DNA of 64,000 nt from Candidatus Termititenax aidoneus. Lineage in GTDB: Bacteria > Margulisbacteria > Termititenacia > Termititenacales > Termititenacaceae. The DNA lies in the NCBI GenBank assembly GCA_003864455.1, contig BGZN01000002.1, positions 3,810 through 67,809 of the forward strand. Direction: 5' to 3'. Below are positions 60,715 through 64,000 of the stretch, piece by piece; the stretch's first letter is position 1; each line of letters starts with the position of its first letter. The notes under the pieces are model-generated. The model had not been told where the DNA came from. It saw only the letters and a list, made by a program, of their open reading frames with translations, and searched no databases. The position numbers were made by a program, and so were the translations under genes.

Positions 60715-61110
60715 ATGCTGACCATCGGCCGTAAATTGATTGAGGAAATTTACGCGCACGGTTTTGCCGAAGCGCCGCTGGAGGCCTGCGGTTATCTGGC
60801 CGGCAGGGACGGCGTGGCGACTAAATACTATCCGATGACCAATGTTGACCAGAGCGCGGAGCATTTCACGCTTGACCCTCAAGAGCAATTTGCGGTGGTC
60901 AAGGAAGCGCGGCAGAGCGGTTTGCAAATCCTTGCCGTGGCGCATACGCATCCGTCCAGTCCGGCGCGGCCCTCGCCGGAAGATATTCGCCTGGCCTATG
61001 ATCCCAATATTTTGTATGTGATTTATTCGCTGCTAGAGCCGCCGACTATCAAGGCTTTTCGGATTCGGCAGGGCGCGGTGAGCGAGGAGGAAATAAATGC
61101 CGGAGCTTGA
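60715..61110 (+). CDS. JAMM/Mov34 metalloprotease (HcyD/Mec-like)
   Basis: PLEACGYLAG; HTHPSSPARPSPED (HxH-x7-S-x2-D). Confidence 0.92.
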   Translation: MLTIGRKLIEEIYAHGFAEAPLEACGYLAGRDGVATKYYPMTNVDQSAEHFTLDPQEQFAVVKEARQSGLQILAVAHTHPSSPARPSPEDIRLAYDPNILYVIYSLLEPPTIKAFRIRQGAVSEEEINAGA

Positions 61111-61963
61111 CGCCGCGGAATTAAAAAAAGTCGGCACGATACAGCAGCGGGACAAAGCTTATTTTGTCCTGCGCCTGCGGCTGGCCGGCGGCAACACCAA
61201 CGCTCAAGATTTGCAAACGGTGGCGGAGATCGCCCGTCAATACGGACGCGGCGAGGTGCATCTTTCCACGCGGCAGGGCATTGAGATACCTTATGTGCCG
61301 GCGGAAAAAGTGCTGGCGGCGCGCCAGGCTTTGGAGCAGGCCGGACTCCAAATGGGCGCTTGCGGTCCGCGCATCAGGGTAGTGGTGGCCTGTCAGGGTC
61401 AGGAGATTTGCAAGTGGGGCATTATTGACACCAAGTCTATTGCCCGAAAACTGGACGCGGAATATTTCGGACAGGACACGCCGCATAAATTTAAATTTGG
61501 CGTAACGGGCTGTCCGCACAACTGCGCCAAAGCTTCGGAAAACGACATCGGCATTATGGGCGGCATTCGTCCGGAATGGCAGCCGGACAATTGCACGCAA
61601 TGCGGTCTGTGCGTGAGCGTTTGTCCGACGCAGGCCATTATTCAGGACAGCGCGCAATTCACGCTGAATGAGGAAAAATGTATTTACTGCTCTATCTGCA
61701 CTTCGCTCTGTCCGCAAAATAGCTGGCGGCGTCAGGCCGAGGGTTATCTGCTGACTATCGGCGGCACGATGGGCAAACAGCAGCGTCTCGGTGATAAATT
61801 GACCGGCCTGCTGACTGATTTGGATACGGTTTATAAATTGATTAAAAAAACTGTGGAATATTACCGGCGGCATGGCCGCAAACGGGAGCGTTTCGGCCAG
61901 ACCATCGACCGTCTCGGTCTAGCGCAGGTGCGCGAGGAGTTATTAGATGGACTTTACGATTAG
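61097..61963 (+). CDS. Small siroheme-[4Fe-4S] sulfite reductase with ferredoxin insert
   Basis: LSTRQGIEI, ACQGQEICKWG, PHKFKFGVTGCPHNCAK, two CxxCxxCxxxCP motifs. Confidence 0.88.
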   Translation: MPELDAAELKKVGTIQQRDKAYFVLRLRLAGGNTNAQDLQTVAEIARQYGRGEVHLSTRQGIEIPYVPAEKVLAARQALEQAGLQMGACGPRIRVVVACQGQEICKWGIIDTKSIARKLDAEYFGQDTPHKFKFGVTGCPHNCAKASENDIGIMGGIRPEWQPDNCTQCGLCVSVCPTQAIIQDSAQFTLNEEKCIYCSICTSLCPQNSWRRQAEGYLLTIGGTMGKQQRLGDKLTGLLTDLDTVYKLIKKTVEYYRRHGRKRERFGQTIDRLGLAQVREELLDGLYD

Positions 61964-62180
61964 CCAAAGTATCGATTTGAGCGGCGTAACCTGCCCTTTG
62001 AATTTTGTGAAAACCAAGGCGGCTCTGGCGCAAATCCAGTCCGGTGAATATCTGGAAGTGCTGCTGGACGAGGGCGAGCCTATACTCAATGTGCCGCGCA
62101 GTCTCAAGGACGAGGGGCATGTTATCGTACGGGTTACGCCGCAGGACACGCGGTTTAAATTAATCGTGCGCAAGGCTTGA
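61947..62180 (+). CDS. TusA/SirA-family sulfurtransferase
   Basis: IDLSGVTCPLNFVKTK...LEVLLDEGEPILNVPRSL. Confidence 0.9.
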   Translation: MDFTISQSIDLSGVTCPLNFVKTKAALAQIQSGEYLEVLLDEGEPILNVPRSLKDEGHVIVRVTPQDTRFKLIVRKA

Positions 62181-62184
62181 GTTT

Positions 62185-62604
62185 ATGTTCCTGCCGCTCG
62201 GTCTCAATCTAAAAAACAAAAAAATTTTAATTGTGGGCGCTGGCGCGGCGGCGGCGCAGAAAATCCGCGCCTTGAAAAAATATAAAGCGCAAATCACTTT
62301 GCTGGCGCCGGAAATAAAATTTCGGACGAATTATAAAAAAATAAAAAAAACTTACGCGGCGGCGGATCTGGCCGACTATGCGCTGGTTTACGCCTGCACC
62401 AATGACCGCAAACTGAACCGGCAAATCGCCGCGGACGCGCGCCGCCGGAATATTTTAGTCAATGTCTGCGATGATCCGCGGCATTCGGATTTTATTTCTC
62501 CGGCGATTTATAAACGGGGCATCATGAGCGCCGCCGTGTTTTCCGACGGACGGGACGTGCGCCGCAGTCTGCGCTGGCGCGGCCGGATCCGCGAAATATT
62601 ATGA
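62185..62604 (+). CDS. Precorrin-2 dehydrogenase / sirohydrochlorin ferrochelatase (CysG N-terminal/SirC-like)
   Basis: FLPLGLNLKNKKILIVGAG, ACTNDRKLN, VNVCDDP..SDFISPA. Confidence 0.85.
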   Translation: MFLPLGLNLKNKKILIVGAGAAAAQKIRALKKYKAQITLLAPEIKFRTNYKKIKKTYAAADLADYALVYACTNDRKLNRQIAADARRRNILVNVCDDPRHSDFISPAIYKRGIMSAAVFSDGRDVRRSLRWRGRIREIL

Positions 62605-63452
62605 TTACCTGCCAGGGACGTGACCTGAAATTTTCTTTGGCGGAACGCGAGCTGTTTTTGCAGACTCTGCGGCCGTACCCGGAGCAATATGTCGCTTTGT
62701 TCACCTGCGACCGCGCGGAACTCTATACAGGCTCCGGACCGGCGCCGCGCGCGGTGGCCGGACATTTATTTCGCGTAGTGTCTGGACTGGAATCCGCGTT
62801 GCTCGGCGAGACCGCCATACAGGGGCAGGTCAAGCAGGCTTATCTAGCGGCGCAGACGCGCGGCTTGTCCGCGGAAATGCACCGCTTGTTTCAAAATGCC
62901 TTGCGCGTAGGCAAACGCGTGCGCGCGGAAACGGCTATTTCTCGCGGCGCGATGTCGCACGGCCAGACTGTGCTGGAAGCGCTGGCTGATTTAAAAATAG
63001 ATTTGAGCCGCTCGCGCATTTTAATTGTCGGGGTTAATAATTTAAATAAAACTGTTTTAAAATATTTAGTCCGGCGCGGCGCGAAAACTATTTTTTTGGC
63101 CAATCGCTCTTATGCCAAAGCTTTGGACTGGAGCAGGGAGTTGGGCGGCCAGGCTTTTCGCCTGAACTGCCTGCCGCGATTGGCCGCGCGCGCGGACATT
63201 ATTATTTCCGCGACCGCCGCGCCGCATTTAATCCTGCGCGCGGAGCAATTTACCGCCAGACAGCCGGTGCTTGTTTTTGATCTGGCCGTGCCGAGGGATA
63301 TTGATCCGGCGATTGGACTTTTACCCAATGTTACTTTGTATAATAACGAAGACATTGAAAAAATTATTCGTGACAATCAGAAAACCAGAGCCGCGGAAAT
63401 AAAAGCGGCGGAAAAAATTATTCAGGAAGAGCTGGCCAGATTTTATGCTTAA
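62601..63452 (+). CDS. hemA: Glutamyl-tRNA reductase (short form)
   Basis: TCDRAELY, HLFRVVSGLESALLGE, GQVKQAY, ANRS, DLAVPRDID; lacks the usual C-terminal dimerisation region. Confidence 0.85.
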   Translation: MITCQGRDLKFSLAERELFLQTLRPYPEQYVALFTCDRAELYTGSGPAPRAVAGHLFRVVSGLESALLGETAIQGQVKQAYLAAQTRGLSAEMHRLFQNALRVGKRVRAETAISRGAMSHGQTVLEALADLKIDLSRSRILIVGVNNLNKTVLKYLVRRGAKTIFLANRSYAKALDWSRELGGQAFRLNCLPRLAARADIIISATAAPHLILRAEQFTARQPVLVFDLAVPRDIDPAIGLLPNVTLYNNEDIEKIIRDNQKTRAAEIKAAEKIIQEELARFYA

Positions 63453-64000
63453 ATTAACTATCGTCTCCCGTAACAGTCCGCTGGCTTTGCGGCAGGTGGC
63501 CGAAGTTTTCGCTCTCTTGCCCGATGTAAAATACCGCCTGCGTACCGCGCCGAGTTATGGCGATAAACACAAAAACATTTCTCTGCTGGACACGCCGCCG
63601 CCGGATATTTTTACCAGAGAGCTGGATCGGATTTTGCTCCGCCGGCAAGCGGACGCGGCTGTGCATTCCGCCAAAGATTTGCCTTATCCTTTGCCGGAGG
63701 GTCTGGCGGTGATCGCGCTGCTGCCGGCCGGAGATCAACGGGACGCGCTGGTGAGCCGAAATAATCTGCCCCTGCGTAAATTGCCGCGCGGCGCGGTGGT
63801 CGGCACTAGCTCGCCTCTGCGCCGGCAGGAATTATTGTCCCGTCGTCCGGACTTGAGAATCGTCTCCCTGCGCGGCAATATCGGCGAGCGTTTGCAAAAA
63901 GTGGACAGTGGCCAAATGGCGGCAATCGTGGTTGCGGTTTGCGCTCTGCGGCGTTTGGGTTTAGCCGGACGCATCGCGGAAATACTGCCTTTTCCCACGC
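63445..64000 (+). CDS. hemC: Hydroxymethylbilane synthase, 5' part (runs off the window)
   Basis: Manual translation from ATG 63445: MLKLTIVSRNSPLALRQ...GDK...FTRELD...AVHSAKDLP...VGTSSPLRR...LRGNIGERL. Confidence 0.93.
   Translation, partial: MLKLTIVSRNSPLALRQVAEVFALLPDVKYRLRTAPSYGDKHKNISLLDTPPPDIFTRELDRILLRRQADAAVHSAKDLPYPLPEGLAVIALLPAGDQRDALVSRNNLPLRKLPRGAVVGTSSPLRRQELLSRRPDLRIVSLRGNIGERLQKVDSGQMAAIVVAVCALRRLGLAGRIAEILPFPT

Overview
Chromosomal window from an anaerobic, diderm bacterium. Gene style suggests a host-associated lineage such as termite-gut Margulisbacteria, but this is an unverified guess. Contents in order: (i) 0-4.2 kb: ParE/Phd toxin-antitoxin (TA) pair, an XRE regulator, two paralogous repeat 'fibre' genes (the second ends in an FGE-sulfatase/C-type-lectin head whose tip looks like a DGR variable region), and an MNT-HEPN TA pair. 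(ii) 4.3-12.1 kb: M24 peptidase, aroQ/aroB/aroK, eno, cadA/cadC, vapBC. (iii) 12.1-15.9 kb: an AT-rich pair of DUF262 (GmrSD-like) defence genes. (iv) 16-25.9 kb: a sulfur-scavenging operon (yezD, porin, SsuA-type ABC system, MFS) that carries an ATP-dependent activator plus two 2-hydroxyacyl-CoA-dehydratase-family Fe-S subunits where a desulfonase would be expected. (v) 26.8-57.5 kb: a tightly coupled operon of nagZ-like GH3, a PorV-like barrel, a ~3250-aa FlgD-Ig/CTD surface protein, a secreted protein and a signal-peptide-bearing ~2020-aa Rhs toxin, followed by orphan Rhs toxin/immunity cassettes. The Rhs cores carry in-frame palindromic REP-like elements. (vi) 58.4-64 kb: a protein-thiocarboxylate homocysteine operon (HcyS/MetY/HcyF/HcyD-like, sulfite reductase, TusA, siroheme genes) that shares a ~30-bp upstream operator with operon (iv). 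Best candidates for undescribed systems: an O2-independent, ATP-driven organosulfonate desulfurization module (iv+vi) and a non-T6SS PorV/CTD-linked Rhs delivery locus (v). Six +1 homopolymer frameshifts at 26.3-41.1 kb are probably sequencing errors. No rRNA, tRNA, CRISPR, integrase or transposase was recognised. All family calls come from motif recognition by eye; no searches were run.
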